Origin: Eledone cirrhosa
Lineage: Eukaryota
DNA length: 64,000 nucleotides
Assembly (NCBI GenBank): GCA_964016885.1
Contig: OZ024753.1
Coordinates: forward strand, 23,932,001-23,996,000
Reading direction: 5' to 3'
Shown here: one piece after another, positions 12,659-24,556 of the stretch
Layout: each line of letters starts with the position of its first letter
Position numbering within the stretch: the stretch's first letter is position 1
The notes under the pieces: model-generated
What the model was told of the DNA's origin: nothing
The model's input: the letters and a program-made list of their open reading frames with translations, nothing else
The model's database searches: none
Translations under genes and position numbers: made by a program

Positions 12659-14288
12659 GTCGCCCTCAAAGTGATGGCAACTGAATCCACTAATGACCAT
12701 CTGGAGAGGGGCGAAAGCTTATAATGCACTACCACCTCTTCGTCAAAGAAAAATGGGAAGAAAGAAAGAAAGGAAGAAAGATGAAAAAAGGAAGAAAGAA
12801 GTCAGCGTAAGGGTCACACTACATTCATGCTAGAAAATGCCGCGAAAAATGCTACTCCAAAGAATCTATATGGTCTAATGTGTGAACCGAAAATTGGAAC
12901 GTTAAACCTATGTTGCTAGTTATAGGATGAAATTAAATTAAATTAAAAATATTAAATTGCAAAATGATAAATTGAAAAACAAATTATTAGAAAATTAAAG
13001 GTTAAGGTAGCGAGATTTATTTAATGAACTTACGGAGAGAGTCTTATATGACCAAATTTATCTCGATAAGATATTAGGATGGGATATAGAGTAAAGATTT
13101 CAATTGCGAGTTCCAGCCAGCACCGCCCAACCATGAGTCGGCCAGTTTCGAGTGGTATCGTCCAGCGAAAGAAATAGAAAGTAATTTTTCCGAGTACTCT
13201 AGGAACGTAGCTACCTTTGGCCCCGGGAGTGCTGGCGGGAAGTCTACAATTTCGACAGGCCATCGTCTATACCAAATGAATATTTTAAAATCACACATGA
13301 GGGGTTTATTTACGTGCCAGTAGAGGCATGATACAGCTAATAGTTATACCTAAACCTGGAGTTTAGGCATAATATGGTGGGCAAAACAGGCGGCGCGGTG
13401 GGACCGGGGCAAAGCCATCCGCTCCGAGTAATTTCGTTTACCGAAAGAGGAGAAATTTATTTTTCCGAGCACTCAAGGAAGGCTGAACTTTCCGAGTGCC
13501 AAGCGCGCAGCCGGGAAAAGCCACCACATAAGTCGAAGGTAGCAACCCAATGAAAAGTGCAAATAGACCATAATTATTTCAAAGTCCCAGTTAGTCCGGG
13601 TTATAAGTAGTGTGGTTCTTTGGTAGGTAGGGGGCTATGAAAGGTGCATAATGACCTGAGTAAGGAAAGTTACAAAAAAATAATAAAAGCAGGATACAAA
13701 GATAAAAAACAAATATAAAGATAAAATACTTTGATAAAAATACATTAATAAATTAATAAATTAATCAATTAATCAATTAATTTATTAAATTAATTTAATT
13801 AATTAATTAATTAATTCATCCTATAACTAGCAACATAAGTTTAACGTTCCAATTTTCGGTTCACACATTAGACCATATAGATTCTTTGGAGTAGCATTTT
13901 TCGCGGCATTTTCTAGCATGAATGTAGTGTGACCCTTACGCTGACTTCTTTCTTCCTTTTTTCTTCTTTCTTCCTTTTTTTCTTTCTTCCCCTTTTTCTT
14001 TGACGGAGAGGTGGTAGTGCATTATAAGCCTTCGCCCCTCTCCAGATGGTCATTAGTAGATTCAGTTGCCATGACTTTGAGGGCGACTGGCCGAGGTGAA
14101 GGCAGCTAGTTGGTCAGTCGTCCTCTTTGTCTCTGTCTCTGATTTTTCGGACCCATGATTTTTTACATATTCCTTTGTTATATTCCAATACCTGATGATA
14201 TCACCGGATTCATATGGAACCCGGTCATTGAAATGATCATAGTATAATAAACCTTTCAAGAATTTACCCCAGTCCAGCCTCCTGTTAT

Positions 14289-14295
<7 letters not shown>
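12659..14295 (+). mobile_element. ORF-less PLE-derived remnant with 273-bp inverted arms (12659-12931 / 13815-14087) and a hammerhead-bearing 3' end
   Basis: The arms are read directly as reverse complements. The right arm continues into a hammerhead, AATAAA and (TA)n, and no TSD is visible. The alternative is a long-TIR non-autonomous DNA transposon. Confidence 0.6.
14188..14245 (+). ncRNA. Type I hammerhead ribozyme
   Basis: Stem I ATAC/GTAT, CTGATGA at 14192-14198, stem II ACCGG..CCGGT (base mismatched), GAAA at 14230, palindromic TGATCA, UA, then AATAAA. Confidence 0.8.
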
Positions 14296-14353
<58 letters not shown>

Positions 14354-14357
<4 letters not shown>

Positions 14358-14504
14358 TCAGCGAGAATCGCATTTCGGCGGGTAGAAAAAGCGAAACGCA
14401 ACGTAATTTCCAAGTCATGCTGGCAAGCGCTCCATGGGCTAAAAAGACCAGAGCAATAAACAGGTTATAAAGGCCATACACACTGAGACGCCCGTCAACA
14501 AGCC
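14354..14504 (-). repeat. Unclassified dispersed repeat, diverged homologue of 24330-24468
   Basis: Shared blocks AGCGAG(A/T)ATCGCATTTC, TGGCAAGCGCTC, CAGAGC and GGCCA(T/A)ACACACTGAGA in the same order. Confidence 0.75.
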
Positions 14505-15206
<702 letters not shown>

Positions 15207-15901
15207 GTCCTCTCCCAGACCAATATCAACAACACATCTTTGACAAATGTTCCCAAACTATCCTTCTTTTCTCTTTTTTCCTGTCATCCCATTCTTATCA
15301 AAAGACATGTATCTTACACCTCATTAAAACCCAGACAAGCACCTAAATTCATCTTTGATATAGAAATGTGTAGAAGATATTCTTTATGGATTTGGAAGAG
15401 TTGATTCAGCTATGCCATTATATACTCATCAAAGGTCAGCTAATGAAATAAAACCAGCAGGAGAGTATGTTTGCGACCACCTTCTCAAACACCCTTATCT
15501 TACAACCTCACCATTTTCTGAGTGTATATATATATGTGTGTGTGTATATGTGTGTATGTACGTGTGTGTACGTGTGTGTGTATGTATATATACTTTAATT
15601 TCTCCGGCCTTCATCATCATCAACACTCATTAACACCACACCTCACACACATCCAAATCTCTCTTATATATAGTCACACATTTCAACACAACCTGATCTC
15701 AGTTTGACAATCGCCACAGGCAGGCGAATGCGAGAAAGTTCTCCACTCCAAGTTAACCAGTAATCTCTAAAATTCTACCCACCGAAGTTAACAAAGAGCT
15801 TACTGGATCTACCAACTCATAATATTATATTATAACATTAAATCATAATTTTTTTAATACAAGTGAAGTCATTCTTTTCCTTTTTTTCAAATATCTCTAT
15901 A

Positions 15902-17022
15902 TATATATCTATATCCAAAATTAAGATAAATCAAAATGATTTTAATCTAAATCAAAATTATGGGTGTCATGCCAGAAAGGCATGCGCCATATCACCCGTA
16001 AAATAAGCTCCAATATTCTAATGAATAGGTCCGAGCATTTTATAACAACTAGAAATTGATTAACATATAAATAAACATATGAAACAATCACAGGGGATAA
16101 TTTTTACAAGTGTGTAAGCACACATAGATAGGTAGGTAACTAAATAAAGTTAACTAGAACTTCAAAAATAGATACCTTATAATATGATTAATCTTCCCTG
16201 TATATATTCCATTAAAGAAATATATTTCACCAATTAATCGAATGGTAAACCACAGAGGCCGATACTTGGATTTTCAACAAGGAAGAAGTCCAGCGATCTG
16301 TGTTTACGCATTATAAGTTATCTATTTTTGAAGTTCTAGTTAACTTTATTTAGTTACCTACCTAGCTATGTGTGCTTACACACTTGTAAAAATTATCCCC
16401 TGTGATTGTTTCATATGTTTATTTATATGTTAATCAATTTCTAGTTGTTATAAAATGCTCGGACCTATTCATTAGAATCTTGGAGCTTATTTTACGGGCG
16501 ATATGGCGCATGCCTTTCTGGCATGACACCCATAATTTTGATTTAGATTAAATTAATTTTGATTTATCTTAATTTTGGATAAAGATATATAAATACGGCT
16601 CCTTAATTGTAGAGCTAACTCTGTTGAAAGGACTTGACTGCTGTTTCTAGTTGTCGATAACCCTATTCACGCCACTGGGACGAAGCTGGTATGATGTGTG
16701 TATTTTTAGTAGATACAGCACGTGTTACTGGCCAGTCGCTGATTTGAACTTAATGCGTAAACACAGATCGCTGGACTTCTTCCTTGTTGAAAATCCAAGT
16801 ATCGGCCTCTGTGGTTTACCATTCGATTAATTGGTGAAATATATTTCTTTTATGGAATATATACAGGGAAGATTAATCATATTATAAGGTATCTATTTTT
16901 GAAGTTCTAGTTAACTTTATTTAGTTACCTACCTAGCTACGTGTGCTTACACACTTGTAAAAATTATCCCCTGTGATTGTTTCATATGTTTATTTATATG
17001 TTAATCAATTTCTAGTTGTTAT
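15902..17022 (+). mobile_element. Non-coding 571-bp-period element with 142-bp direct terminal repeats and a 5' inverted copy (non-autonomous PLE/retrozyme-like)
   Basis: 16310-16451 matches 16881-17022. 15902-16313 is the reverse complement of 16751-17022 continuing into 16452-16591. Flanks are TA-rich and there is no ORF. Confidence 0.7.
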
Positions 17023-17046
17023 GTATATAGATATATATAAAAGGAT

Positions 17047-17247
17047 CGATCGACTTTCGTCAAATCGGACCGAGGAAACAATGTTTCCATCGGTCTTTCC
17101 AGTTGCTAGTACTATCTATCGGTCGCAACTAGAAGGAGCAACGTGAAATAAAATGTCTTGCTCAAGGACATAACGCATCGACGGGTCCAGGACTCGAACC
17201 CACAACCTCAAGATTGTGAATCCAATTCTCTAACCACTCAGCCACAC
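17047..17247 (-). mobile_element. tRNA-derived SINE (same family as 12441-12658)
   Basis: A box TGGCTGAGTGG, B box GGTTCGAGTCC, TGTCCTTGAGCAAGACA; the body aligns with the 12.5-kb copy. Confidence 0.87.
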
Positions 17248-17707
17248 AGGAACAAGTAGGACCCCGACGGCAGAGCTCAAGCCGTTTCGACGGCTATTTT
17301 TGGACTAAATAAGAATTTTTAGCCTGGTAAATAAATAGCCGAACTTCTCAGGGGGTATTTCCTTATATGGGAAGATAGTAATTGTCAAGAGGATTGGTCA
17401 AAAATTTGTTGTAAAGACAGATAAATCTATCATGGCATTTGGTGGGAGGTAGGGGTGGCTGAACTTGCCGGTAGAACAAGTCAGGCGATGAAAGTGAAAT
17501 CTATACAGCAGATTCTAAGGAATTTCTCATTGGTATTGCTAATCTATAGAAAAGTTTAATAGGTGGGGAATGGGAAAAATACTAAATACGAGATTGTAGT
17601 GAAATAATTTTTTAGAGCCGGCATTACTGCTATAGATAGTTAGTCTTACAATGACAGGTTAATAAGTTGAGAACAAAAAAACTGCCGTCGGGGTCATACT
17701 TGTTCCT
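17248..17707. mobile_element. MITE-like element, 460 bp, with 26-bp terminal inverted repeats
   Basis: AGGAACAAGTAGGACCCCGACGGCAG (17248-17273) versus CTGCCGTCGGGGTCATACTTGTTCCT (17682-17707), one mismatch. No ORF; TSD unclear. Confidence 0.65.
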
Positions 17708-17829
17708 ATTACCCACTCTACTATCCTAAGTTTTCAGTACTTTGGTGCATTATGGTCCATCTGGTTCCTTACCACAATTCCTTCGTTATATATATATGTT
17801 ATATATTAAGGTGCATTATTGGTTGTGTA

Positions 17830-17932
17830 TCCCGCCGAGGTTGACTTTGCCTTTCATCCTTACGGGGTCGATAAAATAAAGTACCAGTAATGCACTGGGT
17901 AATTGCTTCGCCTTGTGCCTAAAGTAGAAACA
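17830..17932 (+). mobile_element. 5'-truncated SINE with Nin/Deu-like central domain and a 15-bp target-site duplication
   Basis: CCGCCGAGGTTGACTTTGCCTTTCATCCTTACGGGGTCGATAAAATAAAGTACCAG; TSD ATTATTGGTTGTGTA at 17815-17829 and 17933-17947. Confidence 0.85.
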
Positions 17933-18098
17933 ATTATTGGTTGTGTAAAATGGTCCAATAACTTTATGTTATCAATATTAAGTTCTCCACGCTTTTGTAT
18001 ATCTCCAATTCCATTCGAGGGAACAGCTAGATGATGTAAAACGGCGTATAAGTATCAAAATGAAAGTTCGAAGGCAAGGTAAAATTCCAATCATTTAA

Positions 18099-18172
18099 TC
18101 ACGACACATGTTTCAATAAGAGATAGATCGATTGTGAAGCCATGATCGATTATCAATGAGCTCATCAGGTGA
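18099..18172 (-). ncRNA. Type I hammerhead ribozyme
   Basis: Minus strand reads TCAC-CTGATGA-long stem II (GATA ATCGAT...ATCGAT CTATC, base degenerate)-GAAAC-ATGT-GTC-GTGA, with a canonical GUC site, followed by ATTAAA. Confidence 0.75.
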
Positions 18173-19576
18173 AAATGAATTGTCTTCTAATTCTTGATAT
18201 GAGGGAGAAAAAATAACGATGTTCTCTCACAGAATTCATTCCCTCATATGGAGACACACCACTCAGTCAGCGACATGGCGACTGCTATTAGCTTCAGTTG
18301 AGGTCATAAAAGTTTTCAGATTTCTAACGCTGCAAAAGACGCTGGACATCAATCAAATCTGTAGGGATCCAGTCAGTCACAGTTAAAAAGTGAGTGGGTA
18401 CACATACACTCCACACCCACATATATCGGCTCGAGGTCAAAGAAAAATATATACATATATATACACACATCAACACAGTGTTAAACCCGTAGAATTAGCG
18501 TGGGTGGGTACACACATACTTTCACACACACTGAAGCGATATCCGAGAAAGAAAAAACAAATATAATAAAACAAATATAAGAATGTACCAACACAGCACT
18601 CGCCGAAAGTTAGTTCACAAAGCAACAGAAGCTATGTCGGTCAAATCTCAATTTGACGATGTAAATTGGAAATATTGGGTTAACCAACGCCCCACACATA
18701 CACAGACACACGCGCGTGCGCGCGCAAATAAGTTCAGTTCAGTGTTCTGCTATACGTGTATAGATCGAATTGGAACATCCATATCTTGCTATGGTATATA
18801 TACATCCGAATCGTCCAAAAAAAGGGTATGTCCGGGAATATACACATCCATGTGAAGAGCAATCAATCAGCTCATGTCGAACTCCTTGTGTACCGCTGTC
18901 CCATTGAGAATCAGTGTCACCAAATCCGTGCGTGCAAGCAACTGCAATGTAGGCCGGCAAAGGGCTCCGTGTAGTGTTGAGTATTGGGTAAATGCGTCCG
19001 AAAGTGCGATTTCCCGTCATATGGGCCAATGAGCTTTTAAGATAGTTGTTTGAGTGGTGGAGGTGTGTTATTCAGCATAGAAGGTGAAGTAAGAAAACAC
19101 ATGACAGTAAAATCCAAAGGATGTGTAGGCCCATTAATGATGTGTCAGTATTATTGTTCAATCGGTAACAGTGAGTCCTCTATGGTTAGATGATCACGCA
19201 TCAAAACCTGGTGTAGTGTTCAGTCGGTAGGAACGTGACAGTCGTAATTGTGGGAGCTCAATGTCTAAAGGAAACGGATACTGTGTGTAGAGCTATGTAT
19301 AGAGAGCATAATCGGTCCTAACTAAGTGTGTAATCGATCTAACTATTTACTAGCTAGGTATTCTAAAAGAGAGCACTCAGCTGTGAGAACTCCGTGGAAA
19401 CAGGCTGAGTATCGTTTGCAAGTACGCAAACAATCTTAGCCGTCTAACTACCTAAGTCCGTTTATTGAGAGAGCTCTATGGCTAAAGTAGAGAGGGAGGA
19501 GTTATTGGTAGGTTACCTTCCAAAATTCCTGCGGAAGGTTTTCGAGGTTCTATGTTGACAGTTGCTGAAAAAATTT

Positions 19577-20149
19577 AACGTAATTTAAGTTTTCATTGGG
19601 CTTATGGAAAGGGTAATAAAAACCAGAGTTTAAGTTAAGGGTAACATCAAGGAAATTAACTATTTTGGTACCACTTTCTACCTCTAGTTTAAGGTCGTAA
19701 TTTTTAAAGAATTCAATTATATTTTTCTTTACCCTATTTAGTTCTGTATTGTTGTGTTTAACAACTGTAAATAAAATATCGTCCCTATATAAACCACCGG
19801 TAATCTCCGGCAGTTTTCTATTTATCATATTTAAGATGAAAATTCCCAGAAGATCCGTGACTTGCGCTGAGTCCGATGATCCCATGGTAATGTCGAAGTT
19901 TCTATTTCCATCTGAGCGGGTCCAATACTCATTGTTGAAGTTAATTAGAGTTCTTCTAGCAGTTAATATGATATCAATTTCATCCGTAGTTAGATCTGTA
20001 TGTTTGTAAGCGTATGATAAAGTCTTATTTAGTAGGTTAGGCGTAATGGAAGAGTAATAGCTTGTTATGTCCATCTGGATGAATTTATGGTTTTTCTTAT
20101 CATCTATATTTTTATACCATTCACTCACTTCGTTTGTATCCTTCCACAA
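19577..20149 (-). pseudogene. Inverted RT core fragment of PLE B, frame open
   Basis: FIQMDITSYYSSI, FDITMGSSDSAQV, GGLYRDD, VNFLDVTLNL. Confidence 0.9.
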
Positions 20150-22088
20150 GTAAAATCTGACAAAACAAATAACTTATATGGGATAAATAAAGAATATAAG
20201 GATTTGATTTTAAAAGAACTAAGGAAAAATTATTAAAAAGCCCTGGCTGAAGATCTTACAGACATCAACAATGATGCATATAAATTAATTGCAAAGTTAG
20301 GAATTGAAGGAAGAACCGAGCCTCTTATACCTAGACAGCCAAGGATCAATTTTAAAGATCACAAAAGAAACTTTGAGGAAGACCTGCCAGTTAGACTGAT
20401 TGCTCCATCCAAATCGGATATTGGAGTAATCAGTAAAAATAGTATTGATAGAATTCTACCTATTTTGAAATTGAGGTCGAAATTGAGCTTGTGGAAGGAT
20501 ACAAACGAAGTGATTGAAAGGTATAAACATATAGATGATAAGAAAAACCATAAATTCATCCAGATTGACATAACAAGCTATTACTATTCCATTACGCCTA
20601 ACCTACTAAATAAGACTTTATCATACGCTTACAAACATACAGATCTAACTACGGATGAAATTGATATCATATTAACTGCTAGAAGAACTCTAATTAACTT
20701 CAACAATGAGTAGTGGACCCGCTCAGATAGAAATAGAAACTTCGACATTACCATGGGATCATCGGACTCAGCGCAAGTCACGGATCTTCTGGGAATTTTC
20801 ATCTTAAATATGATAAATAGAAAACTGCCGGAGATTACCGGTGGTGTATATAGGGACGATATTTTATTTACGGTTCTTAAACACAACAATACAGAACTAA
20901 ATATAGTAAAGAAAAGTATAATTGAATTCTTTAAAAATTACGACCTTAAACTAGAGGTAGAACGTGGTACCAAAATAGTTAATTTCCTTGATGTTACCCT
21001 TAAATTAAACTCTGGTTTTTATTACCCTTTCCATAAGCCCAATGAAAACTTAGATTACGTTAGTTATTACTCTAATCACCCTAAATCCTTGAAAATTTGC
21101 AGTTGTAAATAGTGTACAGAAACGCATAACTAGAATATCTGCCAATAAATCAATATTTGATGAAAAAGCAGGATATTACAATGATGCACTAAGAAAGCAG
21201 GTTATAAAAATAATATAGAATATATAGACAATAATAATCCGAGTCTTAATCCTGATAAAAAATAATAGCATATATAAACGAAATTCTAAAAATTCTAATA
21301 ACTATAATTCAAACACCTGTACTGTGATTAAATCGGGGAAAAGAACCAGAACTAAATCAGTTATATGGTTTCCCCCCACCCCCACCCCTGCTTCTGTAGC
21401 AGTAAGAACACCAATAGCTAATCTATTTTTTAAAGCTTTAGATAGTTCCTTCTCTAGTCAACATAAATACCACTCCATATTTAAGAGACACACAATTAAA
21501 CTTTCTTATTCTACTACAATGAATATGGCCCAAAACATCGCTAAACTAAATAGTATAATTCTAAACCAAAATCAACATAATGCTATTAATAATAGTGTTA
21601 ATATAAATAATAATAAATCGAAATGTAATTGTAGAAATAAACCAGATTGCCCTCTGCAAAATAATTGTCTGGATAGAAATCTGGTGTATAAATGCACCGT
21701 AAAAACAAATAACAACACATACAACTACATAGGGGCAACTTCTTCGACATTTAAATCGAGGTTTGTGAATCACACATGCTCATTTTCGAATTTTAATAGG
21801 AAGTCTTCGACTTCTTTATCACTACTTATATGCTCATTAAAAAACAAAAATGTTAAATACTCGATCTTTTGGACGAACCTTTGTAATAGTAAAATATACA
21901 CGAACTCGTCTATATCAACTGACTGCAACCTCTGCACAAAGGAGACCCTATTAACAATTACTAATTATGAAAACTTAATTAACAAAAAAAGTGAATTATT
22001 CTCAACTGCCTTCATAAATCTTTGTCTACATTCCAAGCCTCGAAAAAAGTCAGGAAAAAACACTAAACAATCAGGCCTAAATATTTGA
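20150..22088 (+). pseudogene. Decayed PLE B RT + GIY-YIG ORF (several stops and frameshifts)
   Basis: VKSDKTNNLYG, KDHKRNF..PVRLIAPSKSDIG, TAG at 20711-20713, GVYRDD, CNCRNKPDCPLQNNC, LVY..YIG, CNLCTKE; the terminal CLH motif is shifted out of frame near 22000. Confidence 0.9.
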
Positions 22089-23899
22089 CGTCTCTTATCA
22101 CCTGTTGGGCCTAAAAAGTCATAACGGTTTATAAAACTTTAATAATGCTTTATCTTCTAATCATTTATGATAGAATTAATGTTAGAATTAAGGATCCTCT
22201 TTTGATAACTTGTTTACTTGATAAATATGCACACCTTATTTTTCTTTTAGATATTTATCATTTTGATTCGGATCTTTATTTATCTGTCTCTGTTTTAAAT
22301 ATATAATTTGGATATTTAACTTGTAAATTTACCGATTATAATATAACTGTAAATCATTCATGCGTTTGCATATTTTACTCATTTTGTGTATGTTTCGGGG
22401 ACTCAGAAAGTTAGATTTGCATTTATTTATTTTTTATATATATCTAGATATAAATATAACAAACCATAATAGTCGACAAATATTGGTCTCTCTCTCCACT
22501 GAACTGGAGGTAAAACTACAAAATATAGCATAATAATGATTATAATTATTTATTTATTAAATGTATACCGTTTCATTAATACCTATAATAATATCTCTAT
22601 ATAGTTGTACAAATATGTTTATTTAGTATAGTAACATACTCGTAGTTACATTTATAAATCATTTAGATACTCAAATGCCTCTATATTGTTATAAGTGTTT
22701 GATATTCCCTGGAAGTTCGAATTTATATAATGATTTTTACTTAATTTAATATAATTTAATCTAATTTAATTTATTTTAATTAAATTTAGCTCCTCTTTCT
22801 ATCACATTGGCTAAAATATTTTAGACGTATCTATTGCTAACTATATATTAAAACCCTATTACATATATAATATATTTTTAATATTGGGCATTTTTAAGTT
22901 TCGCAAAAAATTCATTATTTTTATTTTTTATATCTATTTTGTATCTAGCCCCTATCATTAGGACTCATGAAAATAATTGATTTAAAACATTAATTTTTTA
23001 ACAATATTTTTTAACAATATATTTTAACTATATATATTTTTTTAACAATATTTTCAGTAACTTATTTACTATATTGTATTATTGTATTATATTATATATA
23101 TTTGAAAGGTATCACCTTAAGTCTTTAGACATTATAATCCTTGTATATTTTTGATTAACACATATATATAATTAAAATTTCAGACTTCTTTAAGTTTAGT
23201 TATAAGGCCGGTTGATTCTTTAGGCACTCAAACTATTTAATCATAAATGCTTTAATAATTATAACTATAATTATTTTATAAATTATATTATATAAACTGT
23301 TGTCAATATTATAAATAATGTTGGTAAAGATTACTTTCGTGAGGGTATAAAAGCATTATATATTTTCTCTCTCGTGTTTCGTAAATCCTTTAAATTTGTT
23401 TTCATAAAATTTGAATTTTAGAAATTAAACTTGATAGTATAATATAATATTATTAACTTTTAAAACCTAATATTACTCATTACTCTGAAATAACTTAAAT
23501 TAAATATTTTGAATAATAACGGTCAACTAAATAAATTTGGATATATATTGCATATATGGAAAATTGTCTATAAACTTGAACATAAATTACTCCCCTTTGT
23601 CTCTCCCCCACTTTAATCATCTTTCATTTGTTTTTTTCGAGGCACCTACTAAATTTCTTCTTCTAAGCTTTCCTTTCTTTCCTCTTTCTTCAGTAGTTTA
23701 AAAAAATATTTTTTTAACTGTTATATTGATGCCATGTATTTTTTAAGCTGTATTACACGCACCCTTTCTATTGTTTGTATTATATATTTATCTCATGTTC
23801 TCAATATTAGGGTATAAATATTGAGTTTTGTCATATGTTAATCACTACCATGACTGAATCTTAACCATCTACTATGTCAGGGTATGTCATGCACCATCT

Positions 23900-23966
23900 T
23901 ATTTTATCTGATGAGGATGTACTGTTGAACTTAACTCAGTACCTCTGAAATATGTATAATAAAATA
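23900..23966 (+). ncRNA. Type I hammerhead ribozyme at the 3' end of PLE B
   Basis: Stem I TATTTTAT/ATAAAATA, CTGATGA at 23908-23914, stem II GGA.GTACTG/CAGTAC.TCT, GAAA at 23947, TATGTA, UA. Confidence 0.87.
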
Positions 23967-24329
23967 TAATTGATCACAAGAATATCTATTTTGTTAATAT
24001 TTTGAATTAATATTAATAACTCTGGAAAACCCATTAATTGAGTGCTTCCAATCTATTGTAAAACTTATTCTTTGATGTATTCATTGAACCTTGTTTAACT
24101 TTTAAATATATATATATAGAACAAAACCCGTTGATAACACGACTTCCTTATTCATCATCTTACCTGAAGCCAGACATTCTTTATAGAGGCGGAGAGTACC
24201 TGATTTTGGAGTCGCAGAAACCAATACTGGATTTTACCATCAGTCCAGGGTCCGGGAAAGTATCAACACATATATTTTTATTGTTTGACCCGAATTACTT
24301 GGTCATTTGTTTTGGCTGTGCGGATGATA

Positions 24330-24468
24330 TGTTTAACCATCATCTCAGTGTGTTTGGCCCTTAACGTATGTTGTAGCTCTGATTCGCTTGAATCATCGAG
24401 CGCTTGCCACGCATATCGGATGTTGATTTTCGTTAATTCCTGTGTGGAAATGCGATACTCGCTAATTT
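24330..24468 (+). repeat. Unclassified dispersed repeat, homologue of 14354-14504, ending in a GCGA-NNN-TCGC hairpin before (TA)n
   Basis: Conserved blocks shared with the 14.4-kb copy. Confidence 0.75.
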
Positions 24469-24556
24469 ATATTTATATATATATATATATATTCATTTTA
24501 TCACAGCTTCATCAGATGTAACAAGTCTCAATGAATACGGATTTATACATACAAAA

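Larger units (their letters stand above)
19577..24105 (+). mobile_element. Penelope-like retroelement B (Naiad-type, different family), 5'-truncated with an inverted internal RT segment and ~2-kb 3' UTR
   Basis: 19577-20150 is the reverse complement of ~20488-21062. The + strand carries RT/GIY-YIG fragments homologous to PLE A, a hammerhead at 23900, and ends at (TA)n. Confidence 0.9.

Noticed and set aside
16686-16745. C/D-box snoRNA (ATGATGT...CTGA) in the 571-bp unit
   Set aside because: The C box is imperfect, there is no terminal stem, and no antisense guide is recognisable.
24158-24445. Minus-strand host exon (ACACAG acceptor, 53 open codons, CAG/GTAAGA donor)
   Set aside because: The frame stops before the donor, the peptide is unrecognisable, and the region overlaps a dispersed repeat whose other copy has frame-breaking indels.
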